From: Pseudonocardiaceae bacterium
GTDB taxonomy: Bacteria; Actinomycetota; Actinomycetes; Mycobacteriales; Pseudonocardiaceae
Direction: 5' to 3'
DNA length: 64,000 nucleotides
Assembly: GCA_036503065.1 (NCBI GenBank)
Contig: DASXXM010000151.1
Span: 2,539 to 66,538 of the forward strand
The notes beneath the pieces were generated by a model, which worked only from the letters and a program-made list of their open reading frames with translations, ran no database searches and was not told the DNA's origin. The position numbers and the translations under genes are program-made. Positions 47,275-56,603 of this stretch are shown one piece after another. How positions within the stretch are numbered: the first letter of the stretch is position 1; each line of letters begins with the position of its first letter.

Positions 47275-47895
47275 ATGGCAGCAGCGTTTCCGTACCGGCA
47301 GGTTCGGGCGGAGCACGACGACGACACGATCACCGTCTACCAGGCCTACCCGCCCGGCATCGCCGATGCCGCGCTCGCGGCCGGCACCTTCGTGGCGCCG
47401 TTCAAACGGGAGCGGATGACCTGGATCAAGCCGTCGTTCCTGTGGATGGCGTACCGCTCCGGCTGGGCCGGTAAGCCCGGCCAGGAACGGGTGCTCGCGG
47501 TGCGCCTGCGCCGGGACGGCTTCGCCTGGGCGCTGGCGCATTCCTGCCTGAGCCACTACGACCCCGACACCCACGCCGACCAGGCAGCCTGGTCGCGACG
47601 ACTGCGCGAGTCGCCGGTGCGCATCCAGTGGGATCCGGAACGGGGCCTGCACCACGAACCGCTGGCCCACCGGGCCATTCAGGTCGGCCTGCGCGACGAT
47701 GCCGTGCACCGCTACGTCGACGAGTGGATCGTGTCGATCGCCGACCTGACCCCACTCACCAGGACGATCGCCGACCTGGTCGAGATAGGCCGCCTGGACG
47801 AGGCCCGCGCGCAGCTGCCGGCGGAGCCGGCCTACCCGCTGCCCGCGGACCTCGCCGAGATCATCGGCGCGACCCCGGTCACGGATCGACGGTGA
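47275..47895 (+). CDS. DUF4291-like protein
   Basis: Starts at MAAAFPYRQVRAEHDDDTITVYQAY. It contains MTWIKPSFLWMAYRSGWA. Confidence 0.6.
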   Translation: MAAAFPYRQVRAEHDDDTITVYQAYPPGIADAALAAGTFVAPFKRERMTWIKPSFLWMAYRSGWAGKPGQERVLAVRLRRDGFAWALAHSCLSHYDPDTHADQAAWSRRLRESPVRIQWDPERGLHHEPLAHRAIQVGLRDDAVHRYVDEWIVSIADLTPLTRTIADLVEIGRLDEARAQLPAEPAYPLPADLAEIIGATPVTDRR

Positions 47896-48385
47896 CCAGG
47901 CGCGCCCCGGCCGCGCGCAGCAGCCACTCCAGCGAGCCGACCGGCGCAGGCCAGGTGTCCACCTGGATCCGGATGCGCAACCGCGTCGCGTCGCGGACTT
48001 CGGCGTCCCACCAGAACCAGTGACGATCGTCCGGATCGAACCAGAAGATCCAGTCGCCGACCGACCACGGCTTCTCGCTCGCCGCGTCGGCAAGCCGTTC
48101 CTGGTACGACATCGCCTCCCACCGTGCGCGATACCGCTCGACCTCGTCCGGAGTCGGCTCCGGTGCGCTCGCGGCCACGAACCAGTCCGGCAGCAGCGCC
48201 ACCCATTCCTCGTCGGTGGGCCATTCGCCGTCGGAGTGGTCGAGCACGACGGTCAGCACCTCGCGGCACCGGGCGAGCACCTGCGCCGCGTCGTCGCACA
48301 CCGCGTCCACCGCGACCAGGTTCCCATCCGGTTCTTCGCCCGGAAGCGGCCCGTCGACCACGCGCCGCCGCTCATCGGCCGTCAT
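47879..48385 (-). CDS. candidate immunity protein for the Rhs C-terminal toxin
   Basis: 168 aa. It starts 10 nt downstream of the Rhs stop on the same strand. It is acidic and Trp-rich (WSVGDWIFWFDPDDRHWFWWDAEV) with no signal peptide. The call is made by position only. Confidence 0.55.
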   Translation of the reverse strand: MTADERRRVVDGPLPGEEPDGNLVAVDAVCDDAAQVLARCREVLTVVLDHSDGEWPTDEEWVALLPDWFVAASAPEPTPDEVERYRARWEAMSYQERLADAASEKPWSVGDWIFWFDPDDRHWFWWDAEVRDATRLRIRIQVDTWPAPVGSLEWLLRAAGARLVTVDP

Positions 48386-48395
48386 CGCCAGTCCC

Positions 48396-51300
48396 TCACG
48401 TGTTCTCGGGGACGAAGCCGTCCCACACCTTGCCGCTGCCCGGGATGATCGCGCCGCGCAGCGCGTCCAGGTGGCTCGAACGCAGACCGTACTGGTCGTC
48501 GGCCTTGGTCGGGTCGGCGATCACCGGTCTGGTCTTGCCGGGGTCGATTCGCTTGATGTCCCCCTCGCTGACCGCCTGCTGCCGAATCCCGTCGACGTAG
48601 CTGGCGGGCACCTGGAACGACTTGATCTGCGCGCCCTCCGCCCCCTGGTCGTAGCGCTTCTGCAGATACTCGTTGGCGCGCTTGGCCGAACCGAAGTTCA
48701 GGTAGAGCATCTTGTCCTGCGGGACCGTCGCGTTCCCCTGCGCGTCGACGTTCAGCAGGATGTTGCCCTCCTTGCCCTTGACCACTTTGCCGTCCGGGCC
48801 GACCTTCGGCGGCACCTCCACCCGGTACACCGTGGTGGTCTTGTTCGGACATTCCTCCGGCGCCAGTCCGCTGGGGTCGATCCAGTTGGTCGGGTTGGGC
48901 ACGTACGCACGCGGGTTCGGGCTCGGCTGAAGGCCGAGCGGGTCCGTCGACGCGTAGCGGCCGGTCACCGGGTCGTAGTAGCGCTGCAGGTTGTAGTGCA
49001 GGCCGGTTTCCGGGTCGTGGTACTGCCCCGGAAAGCGCAGCGGCGTGTACACCGCGCCACCGGCGGCCTGCGCGCCCCAGAGGTTCGGCCTCGGCAGTTC
49101 GGCCAGATTGCCGTCGGTGTCGACCAGTTCGGTCGGGGTGCCGACCAGATCGGTCACGATGGCGTAGAACTGCTGGTCGACCCAGTTCGCGGGCGCGTCC
49201 CGCAGGGCGGCGCGCTCGCGCTGGCACAGCGCCCGGTAGCTGCCGGGGTCCCAGTCCCACACCGTGGCCCGGCTGCCGTTGTGCACCTGTTCGATCAGCT
49301 CGTTGCCGTCCCAGGTGAACTCGGTCTGTTCGAGCACGCCGACCCCGTCGGGCGCGAGGCGCTGCTTGGCGATCCGGCGGCCGAACACGTCGTAGCGGTA
49401 GCGCCAGCGCTGCCCGTCCGGCGTGCGCACCGCGACCAGCCGGTCGTCGGAATTCCAACTGTAGTGCCAGTTCTGCGGCGCGGCGGACAGGGTTTTGCGC
49501 TGCCGCAACACGATCCGACCCTCGGCGTCGTGCTCGTAGCGCAGGTTGCCGGCACGGGTGACCAGCGTGCCGGTGTAATCGCGTTGGCCGGCCCCGTCGG
49601 TCGCCTGGCCGGGCCCGGCGCCGGGCCAGTCCGCCCTGGTGATGTTGCCGGCCGGGTCGTAGTCGTAGCGTTCCGACCATCCCGTGCCACGGACCGCGGT
49701 GATCCGGCCGGCCGGATCGAGGTCGTAGCCGCGCGGGCCGGCGAGCTGATCCGCAACGCCGGCCAGGAAGCCGTCCTGGCGGTAGTGGTAGGCGCGCCGC
49801 TGCATGGTCCGCTGCGGCGTCGAACCACCGCCGGCCAGCACGGCCTGTGCGGTCAGGCGGTTGTTGGCGTCCCAGGTCTGGGTCAGCCGGACGCCCGCGC
49901 CGAGCTGTCGTTCGACCTCGCGGCCTGCCGCGTCGTAGCCGAAGCGGATGGTTCGGCCCGCCGTGTGCAGCGCGACCGGCCTGCTGTCGGCGTCGTACTC
50001 CCACCCGCTCTCCGCGCCGGACGGCGTCCGGCGCCGCACCCGCCTGCCGAGCACGTCGTACGCGGAGGCGACCACCCTGCCGTTGACGGTCTCGGTCAGC
50101 GGCCTGCCCAGCGGGTCGTAGCTGAAGGCCACCTCCGCGTCGGCGTTGCGGGCCAACAGGATTCGCCCAGCCGGATCGTAGCCGAATGTACTGATCTCGT
50201 CGGCTGCCGCACGGCGCACCAGGCGACCCATCGGGTCGTAGTCGTACCGCGTTGTCTGTCCGGCGCCGTCGGTGTGCGCGACGAGCTGCCCGGCCGCGTC
50301 GTGCTGGTAGCGCCGCACGCGGCCGTTGAAGTCCGTCTCGGCCATCATGTTGCCGGCCGCGTCGTACTCGTACCGCCAGACGAGGCCCTGTTCGTTGGTG
50401 ACCGAGACCAACCGCAGTTCGGTGTCGTATTCGTAGCCGAGCCTGCTGCCGTCCGGCCGGATCTCGGTCACCGGCAGGTCGAAGTGCGCGATCTCGGTGC
50501 GGGTGACATTTCCTTGCGGGTCAACGGTTTCCCGCAGGTTGCCCTCGCCGTCGTAGACCCACCGCTCGACCGTGCCGTCCGGCTGACGACGACGCAGCGG
50601 CTTGCCCTCGACGGTCCAGGACATCGTGGTCACCCCGCCGAGCGGATCGGTGACCGCGGTCATCCGGCCGAACCGGTCGTAGGCGTAGCGGGTGGTCGCG
50701 CCGAGCGGATCGGTGACCGCGACCGGCAGGCCGACCGGACCGACCTCGAACCGCGTGGTGTTGCCCAGCGCGTCGGCGACCGCGGTCAGGTGACCGTGCT
50801 CGTCGTAGTCGTAGGTGGTGCGTGCGCCGGTCGGGTCGACCAGGGTGCCGAGCAGGCCGTCCGCCTGCCGGTACGCCCTCCCCCACACGGCGCCGTCCGG
50901 CTCGACGGTGGTGACCGGACGGCCCTGCGTGTCGTACTCGGTGATCGTCTGGGTGCCATCCGGCTGGGTGACGCGGGTGACGTTGCCGATCTCGTCGTAG
51001 TCGTACCGGACTGTTCGGCCGAGCGGATCAATGCGCGAGCGCAGGTTGCCGTAGCGGTCCCAGACGGACCGGGTCGTTGCGCCGAGCGGGTCGGTTTCCG
51101 CTGTCACGCGGAAGTTCTCGTCGAGCTGATAGGTGCTTGTGTGGCCGAGTGAGTTGGTCGCGGTGGTGGTCCGGTTGCCGGCGTCGTCGACCTGGTAGCC
51201 GAAGGCGTAGCTGAGGTAGTCCCCGGCGCCCCACGCCCGTACGCAGCGGTCCCGTTCGTCGTAGGCGTAGCGGTACCACATGCCGTTGCGGTCGTCCCAC

Positions 51301-52427
51301 CGGATGATCCGGGCTGCCTCGTCGTAGCCGAACCGCAGTGGCTGTCCGGCGGAGTTCAGCACCTCGACCAGGTTGTCCGCGTCGTCGTAGCGGTAGCTGA
51401 CCAGACCGAGGTCGCCGGTTTCGCCGTTGTCGCCCGTTTCGCGGCCGAGCAGCCGCAGCGCGGTGATCCGGCCGTGCTCGGTGCTCACCCCGATTCGGTA
51501 GCCGCCGGAGTGCCGGATCTCGGTCGGCACCCCGGCGGTGTCGCGGTCGATGTCGATGCGATGACCGTTGCCGTCCGCGACGGCCTCGATCAGGCCGCTA
51601 CCGGCGAAATGCCAGACCTGGTCGGTCGACTGCTGGGCGATGGCGTAGCCGGTGTCGGTGCGCACCAACGGCCAGCGCGGTCCCTCGACCGGCAGGACCG
51701 CCGTCCCGTCCGCCGGGATCGGGTAGACCAGCAGCGTGCCGTCGGCGACCGCGAGGTGCACGCCGTCGTCCGCGACCTCAAGCCGCTGGTCCACAGTGGA
51801 CGCCCAGGACCGACCGAACGACCGGCCGAGCCGGTAGCCGGACAGGTGCGTGCGGGCCAGGATCAGGGGCAGCGCGCCTGCCAGGTCGACGTCCACCTGG
51901 GTCAGGCTCATGCGGCCGGTGGACAGGTCGACCGGGTCGCCGCACGAGGGCCGGTCCTTGGTCGGCGTGGCGTTCGCCTTGGGCGCGGTGTTGTGGTCGG
52001 AGATCTTCGGCTCGTGCGACGACGGCTTGGTGACCCCGGAACTGCCGGGGGCGGAGCCGTTGTGGGCGGCGCCGGCCGGCTTCGGCTCGTGGCTCGGCTT
52101 GTCCTTCGGGCTCAGTCCGCGGAACACGTCGGCATGATGGTCGTCGTTGTTGCGGTGGTTCTGGCCGTTGGAGTGCAGGTTCTTGCCGGCACGCGACGCC
52201 CAGCCGCCGCCCTCGCTGAACACCTTGCCGGTGATCTCGGTGCCGCGGCCCAATCCCTTGGTGAGCGCCGCGCCAAAGCCGGACTGGTCCCCCTTGGCCG
52301 AGTTGACCATGTTCTGCCCGGCGGTTTCCAGTTTCTTGCCACCCTCGGCGAGCTTCGTGCCGAAGTCGGCCAGCTTCCCGCCGGAACTCGACAGGTGCGA
52401 AGGGGTGATGTCGAATCCGTCGCTCAT
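48396..52427 (-). CDS. Rhs/YD-repeat polymorphic toxin
   Basis: 1343 aa. The N-terminal ~110 aa are helical. A DUF6531-like CGDPVDLSTGRM follows, then many YD units (YDYDEHGHLT, YEYDAAGNMM, YRYDVFGRRI). The core-end motif is NWIDPSGL, followed by a 155-aa C-terminal extension. Confidence 0.9.
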   Translation of the reverse strand: MSDGFDITPSHLSSSGGKLADFGTKLAEGGKKLETAGQNMVNSAKGDQSGFGAALTKGLGRGTEITGKVFSEGGGWASRAGKNLHSNGQNHRNNDDHHADVFRGLSPKDKPSHEPKPAGAAHNGSAPGSSGVTKPSSHEPKISDHNTAPKANATPTKDRPSCGDPVDLSTGRMSLTQVDVDLAGALPLILARTHLSGYRLGRSFGRSWASTVDQRLEVADDGVHLAVADGTLLVYPIPADGTAVLPVEGPRWPLVRTDTGYAIAQQSTDQVWHFAGSGLIEAVADGNGHRIDIDRDTAGVPTEIRHSGGYRIGVSTEHGRITALRLLGRETGDNGETGDLGLVSYRYDDADNLVEVLNSAGQPLRFGYDEAARIIRWDDRNGMWYRYAYDERDRCVRAWGAGDYLSYAFGYQVDDAGNRTTTATNSLGHTSTYQLDENFRVTAETDPLGATTRSVWDRYGNLRSRIDPLGRTVRYDYDEIGNVTRVTQPDGTQTITEYDTQGRPVTTVEPDGAVWGRAYRQADGLLGTLVDPTGARTTYDYDEHGHLTAVADALGNTTRFEVGPVGLPVAVTDPLGATTRYAYDRFGRMTAVTDPLGGVTTMSWTVEGKPLRRRQPDGTVERWVYDGEGNLRETVDPQGNVTRTEIAHFDLPVTEIRPDGSRLGYEYDTELRLVSVTNEQGLVWRYEYDAAGNMMAETDFNGRVRRYQHDAAGQLVAHTDGAGQTTRYDYDPMGRLVRRAAADEISTFGYDPAGRILLARNADAEVAFSYDPLGRPLTETVNGRVVASAYDVLGRRVRRRTPSGAESGWEYDADSRPVALHTAGRTIRFGYDAAGREVERQLGAGVRLTQTWDANNRLTAQAVLAGGGSTPQRTMQRRAYHYRQDGFLAGVADQLAGPRGYDLDPAGRITAVRGTGWSERYDYDPAGNITRADWPGAGPGQATDGAGQRDYTGTLVTRAGNLRYEHDAEGRIVLRQRKTLSAAPQNWHYSWNSDDRLVAVRTPDGQRWRYRYDVFGRRIAKQRLAPDGVGVLEQTEFTWDGNELIEQVHNGSRATVWDWDPGSYRALCQRERAALRDAPANWVDQQFYAIVTDLVGTPTELVDTDGNLAELPRPNLWGAQAAGGAVYTPLRFPGQYHDPETGLHYNLQRYYDPVTGRYASTDPLGLQPSPNPRAYVPNPTNWIDPSGLAPEECPNKTTTVYRVEVPPKVGPDGKVVKGKEGNILLNVDAQGNATVPQDKMLYLNFGSAKRANEYLQKRYDQGAEGAQIKSFQVPASYVDGIRQQAVSEGDIKRIDPGKTRPVIADPTKADDQYGLRSSHLDALRGAIIPGSGKVWDGFVPENT

Positions 52428-53179
52428 TGTGTTCCCCCGGTTGGCACGCCCTGACCGGTGATGACCGAATCCGCGGTGCCGAGCGGATTGGTGGCGATGT
52501 TCTGCGCCGCCCCGGAAAGCTGCTGCTCGGACTGTTGCACGCCCTGCGAGAAGCCGGATTGCCCGGCGCCGGCGACCGCGCCGAGATCAACGCCGCTGTG
52601 CGTGCCCAGCGCGTCGCCGAGCAGTTGACCGGCCAGATTGCCGGCCGCACTCTCCAGCGCCGCGAAGATCGGTCCCTCCACGATCTGCGTCAACTGCTGT
52701 TCGACCGCCTGCACGGCCTGCTTGAGCGCCTGTTTGACGATCTGCTCCGTGAACGCCGTCTGCGCCGCGGCCAGTGCCTCCGACGCGCCGAAGGTCTCGA
52801 CCGCGGCCGCCTGGTCGGCGATGATCTCGACGGCCAGAATGCCGAGCTGCACGATCGCGGCGACCTTCATGCCCTCGATGACCACCGCCGAGATGTCAAG
52901 GCCGGTGCCGAGCAGTTTCAGGCCCTCCCCGAGTTGGGGCAGGTGCCCGTTGGCCACCTTCTGCCACAGCGCGTTGAAATTGTCCAGCGACTGCGCCTTG
53001 TTGACCCCGAGCATCTGCTCGATCTCGGATTTCGCGGCCCCGTTGTTGCTGTCCAACTCACCGGCGAGTTGCCGCATCTGGTTCGCCGTGTCCCGCAACT
53101 GGTCCTCGTCGATGTTCGGCCAGGTGACCCCGATGAGGTTGAGCACCCAGGCCAGTTCCGACGGCAGCACCACGCCCAT
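52424..53179 (-). CDS. WXG100-like / CpnT-N-terminal-like T7SS-associated protein
   Basis: 251 aa. The N-terminus LPSELAWVLNLIGVTWPNIDEDQLRDTANQMRQLAGEL recurs at the N-termini of actinobacterial T7SS-linked toxins. A hydrophobic helix AAIVQLGILAVEII follows. ATGA overlap with the Rhs start. Confidence 0.6.
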   Translation of the reverse strand: MGVVLPSELAWVLNLIGVTWPNIDEDQLRDTANQMRQLAGELDSNNGAAKSEIEQMLGVNKAQSLDNFNALWQKVANGHLPQLGEGLKLLGTGLDISAVVIEGMKVAAIVQLGILAVEIIADQAAAVETFGASEALAAAQTAFTEQIVKQALKQAVQAVEQQLTQIVEGPIFAALESAAGNLAGQLLGDALGTHSGVDLGAVAGAGQSGFSQGVQQSEQQLSGAAQNIATNPLGTADSVITGQGVPTGGTQ

Positions 53180-53185
53180 GCCGGC

Positions 53186-53794
53186 TCACCAGCTCCTGTC
53201 GTCCAGGACCGAGTCGGCCCCGTCGGTGTCGTCCGGTGGCCGCGCCTGACGGACCGGCTCTGAATGGTCCGGCCGCGCGTCCGACGGCACGTTGCCGGAC
53301 GGAAACGGGCTGTCGGACGGATCGGTCGCGGTGTGCGGCACGGCCGGCACGGCCAGCCGGTCCGGGCTCAGCTCCGGGTACGCCCGCGCCGCCGCCGCCA
53401 ACACGCCCGCTCCGGGCGCCCGCACCGGCGCCATCGTCTCCGACACCCGCGCCCTGGCCTGCGCGGCGGCCGCCTGGATGGTGGCGACGGTCGCCTGGGC
53501 CAGTTTCTCCGGCGTGCTCCGGTCGAACGCCGACGGCGCGAACACCAGCGAGGTCACCACCCCGGTCGCGTCCACGACGGCACGCACCGAGCCGTCCCGC
53601 GAGCTCGCCGCCGCGGTGGTGGCCAGCGCGCTCTGCTGCGCCTGCCGGACCGCCGCCAGCTTGTCGCGCAGCCCACCGAGTACCTCATCGGCCGCGCCAC
53701 GCAGCTCGGCCACCCGCGCCTGCTCCGCCGCGAGATCGAACTCCACCACGACCCTGCTCCCCTGCTCGATCCGTTGCTGTCTGTGATTGAACAC
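53186..53794 (-). CDS. YbaB/EbfC-fold protein (EspL-like, T7SS-associated)
   Basis: 202 aa with a GTG start. The core SRDGSVRAVVDATGVVTSLVFAPSAF is YbaB-like. The tail is Pro/Asp-rich. Confidence 0.55.
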   Translation of the reverse strand: MFNHRQQRIEQGSRVVVEFDLAAEQARVAELRGAADEVLGGLRDKLAAVRQAQQSALATTAAASSRDGSVRAVVDATGVVTSLVFAPSAFDRSTPEKLAQATVATIQAAAAQARARVSETMAPVRAPGAGVLAAAARAYPELSPDRLAVPAVPHTATDPSDSPFPSGNVPSDARPDHSEPVRQARPPDDTDGADSVLDDRSW

Positions 53795-53948
53795 GTGTGA
53801 CGTGGCGCGCGGCCGCGCGGTTCCCCCAAAAGGCCGACGATCACCTGAACGGGGCGCACCCGACGCGATACCTCCTGTTCATCTGCGGGCCAGCGGGCGC
53901 TCGCCGTTCGGCGCCGAAACGTCACCGGGTCGTGCGAAGGTGAGTGCC

Positions 53949-55427
53949 ATGCGCTCGATCAACCGCCGCAGGTTTCTCAGCGACACCGGCAAGATGCTGG
54001 CGGTCGGCGCCGCCGCCGCGGGCGCCGTCGGCACGGCCGGGGCCACCGCGGGCGCCGCCGCCCTACCCGCTGCTGCCCTGCCGAACCAGGCCGCCGCGCT
54101 GCGCGCCCTCGGCCGCCGCACGTTGCGCCTGCCCGGTGCCCTACCGCGGCCCGAACTGCCCGCCGGCACCGACCTGTTGCCCGGCATCGACCACATCGTG
54201 GTCCTGATGCTGGAAAATCACTCGTTCGACAACATCTTCGGCATGCTCGGCCGTGGCGACGGCTTCACCCTGCGGCACGGCAGGCCCACCGCGACGAACC
54301 CGTACCCCGACGGACGGACCCAGCACGCGTTCCACATGCCGACCACCTGCCAGCTGCCCGCGCGGCCCAGCCAGGAGTGGACGGCCAGCCACAACGCCTA
54401 CCACAACGGCGCCAACGACGGCTTCGTCAGCACGCCGATCAGCCCGGCCACCACCGAGCTCGTCGGTGGCGTCGCGATGGGCTACTGGACCGGCGAGGAC
54501 CTGCCGTTCACCTACAGCCTGGCGCGCGCCTTCCCCATCGCCGACCGCTGGTTCAGCTCGCTGCTCGGCCAGACCCACCCCAACCGGCGCTACCTCATCG
54601 CCGGCACGTCCGTCGGCCTGACCGCCACCGTCAATCCGACGACACCGGCCGGCATGGCGCAACTCACCTCACCCGTGCCACCGGCCGGGACGATCTTCAA
54701 CCAACTGGACAGCCACGGCATCAGCTGGGCCAACTACGCGGCGCTCCTCCAGTTCGGCGCCACGCCGGAACTGTTCCCGATCAACGACGCGGCCACGGAA
54801 GCCGCCCACCAGAAGCCGTTCGCGCAGTTCTTCGCAGACGCGGCCGCGGGCACCCTGCCGGCGTTCAGCCTGCTCGACCCCGACTACAGCACCCAGTCGC
54901 AGGAGAACCCGGAGAACATCGTCGTCGGGGAGGCGCTGTTGGCGCAGGTCGTGCACGCGCTCGGGGCCGGGCCGCAGTGGCCGCGGACGCTGTTCGTCCT
55001 GACGTACGACGAGCACGGCGGCTACTACGACCACGTGCCGCCGCCCCCGGCCCTGCCGCCCGACGCGTTCCCGCCACTGGTCTTCCCTGGTGAGTCCACC
55101 TACGACGGCTTCGCCCGCTACGGATTCCGGGTGCCCACGGTCGTGGTGTCCCCGTATGCCAGGCGCAACCACGTCAGCCACCGCGTCTACGACCACACGT
55201 CGATCCTCGCGATGGTGCAACGCAAGTGGAACCTGCCCGCGCTCACCTTCCGCGACGCCAACGCCCACGACCTGACCGACTTCCTCGACCTGGACGCGTT
55301 GGAGGACCGCAGGCCGACCTTCCGAACGCTGCCCAGGCTGGCCGCACCGGGCAACACACCGGCCGCATTGGCCTGCTCGACCACCGGCCCCGGCACCATC
55401 CCGCCACCAGGGTCCATCAGCGGCTGA
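53949..55427 (+). CDS. phosphoesterase-family phospholipase C / acid phosphatase, Tat-secreted
   Basis: Starts at MRSINRRRFLSD (twin-arginine). Motifs are HIVVLMLENHSFDNIFG and LTYDEHGGYYDHV. Confidence 0.85.
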   Translation: MRSINRRRFLSDTGKMLAVGAAAAGAVGTAGATAGAAALPAAALPNQAAALRALGRRTLRLPGALPRPELPAGTDLLPGIDHIVVLMLENHSFDNIFGMLGRGDGFTLRHGRPTATNPYPDGRTQHAFHMPTTCQLPARPSQEWTASHNAYHNGANDGFVSTPISPATTELVGGVAMGYWTGEDLPFTYSLARAFPIADRWFSSLLGQTHPNRRYLIAGTSVGLTATVNPTTPAGMAQLTSPVPPAGTIFNQLDSHGISWANYAALLQFGATPELFPINDAATEAAHQKPFAQFFADAAAGTLPAFSLLDPDYSTQSQENPENIVVGEALLAQVVHALGAGPQWPRTLFVLTYDEHGGYYDHVPPPPALPPDAFPPLVFPGESTYDGFARYGFRVPTVVVSPYARRNHVSHRVYDHTSILAMVQRKWNLPALTFRDANAHDLTDFLDLDALEDRRPTFRTLPRLAAPGNTPAALACSTTGPGTIPPPGSISG

Positions 55428-55453
55428 GCACCGGTCACCGGGCAATCGAGAAG

Positions 55454-56578
55454 ATGCCCACCGTCGTACCGTGGTGGGATTCTGCCGGTATGTCGGATGC
55501 AAACCTTGACGCACTGCTCGAATCGCTCACGCGCGCCCAGCTGAAGGGCTTCGAGTACAACGGTTTCGTCGCCAACCACGCGCCGATGGCAGCGGAGGTG
55601 CTTGCCACCCTCGGTCTGTCCTATGCGGACATAGCGAAATGGACGGAGACCTATCTCACCTGGGTGGACGAGCCGGAGCCCGGCCAGGAACGGATCGTCG
55701 ACTCGCCCGCGTCGCTGGCCGCCGCGCTCGGTGACATCGAGCGCTCGACCGACTGGGTGGCGTTCTTCGACGAGGAGCTCAAGCGCGCGTCGTGGCGTGA
55801 CGTGTTGCTGAGTTGGTGGCCCCGGCTGCTGCCGGGCGTTTCCGCCGCCGGCACGCACGGCTTCCTGCGGGTGGCGCACACGGTGCGCACGATCACCACG
55901 CTGGGCGAGGTGAATGCCACGCTGCTGCACGAGATCGCGCACGGCCTCGGCTACTGGGCCGCGCGGTACCAGGAGTTGCCCGGGGCGTACGCGGGGGCGC
56001 GGGCGAACCGGGATCTCGACGCCGCCCTGGCCGGGCTGCCCTGGCTGCCGGCGACGGCGAAGTCGCCACGCGAGGGCATTCCCGGCCGATTCGAGCTGCT
56101 CTCGGCGACGCCGGACGTCGCGCCCGGTTTCGCCGGGCTGGTGCAGGACGTGCTGCCGGCGCGGCCGTGGTCGGCCGGGATCGACCGGCTCACCGCGATC
56201 GGGGCGCACGCGTTCATCGCCTACCAGAAGACGCCGATCCCGTTCGTGCACCTGGTGACCGCCCCGTCCGCGCTGCGGATACTCGACGGCGTGCTGCCGG
56301 CGGACCTGCTCGACGCGACGGCATGGCACCTGTGGCAGTTCTTCGCCGCGATCTTCGCCGGTTTCGGCGCGCTGACGCCGGCGAAGTTCACCGACGACGT
56401 GGCCGCACCCACGGCCACCGCGCTGTGGACCGGTGCCGTCGAACACGGCGACGAGCACGTGCTCAAGTTCACCGACGCCTGCCTCACCGAGTACGCGCGG
56501 TCCGGTGACGACGTCTTCCGGCGTGCCGCGTCGGTGGCGCCGTCGCGCTTCGGCACGTTGAAGGCGAAGCCGCTGTAG
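55454..56578 (+). CDS. questin-oxidase-like (DUF4243) protein
   Basis: Starts at MPTVVPWW (alternative start 55490). Motifs are NHAPMAAEVL and THGFLRVAHTVR. Confidence 0.6.
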   Translation: MPTVVPWWDSAGMSDANLDALLESLTRAQLKGFEYNGFVANHAPMAAEVLATLGLSYADIAKWTETYLTWVDEPEPGQERIVDSPASLAAALGDIERSTDWVAFFDEELKRASWRDVLLSWWPRLLPGVSAAGTHGFLRVAHTVRTITTLGEVNATLLHEIAHGLGYWAARYQELPGAYAGARANRDLDAALAGLPWLPATAKSPREGIPGRFELLSATPDVAPGFAGLVQDVLPARPWSAGIDRLTAIGAHAFIAYQKTPIPFVHLVTAPSALRILDGVLPADLLDATAWHLWQFFAAIFAGFGALTPAKFTDDVAAPTATALWTGAVEHGDEHVLKFTDACLTEYARSGDDVFRRAASVAPSRFGTLKAKPL

Positions 56579-56603
56579 CGAACCGCCAGGAGAGGGAGTT
56601 CCC

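Noticed and set aside
48216-51152. 978-aa plus-strand ORF opposite the Rhs gene
   Set aside because: It is the mirror frame of the YD-repeat gene. It has no motifs and a wrong-frame composition.
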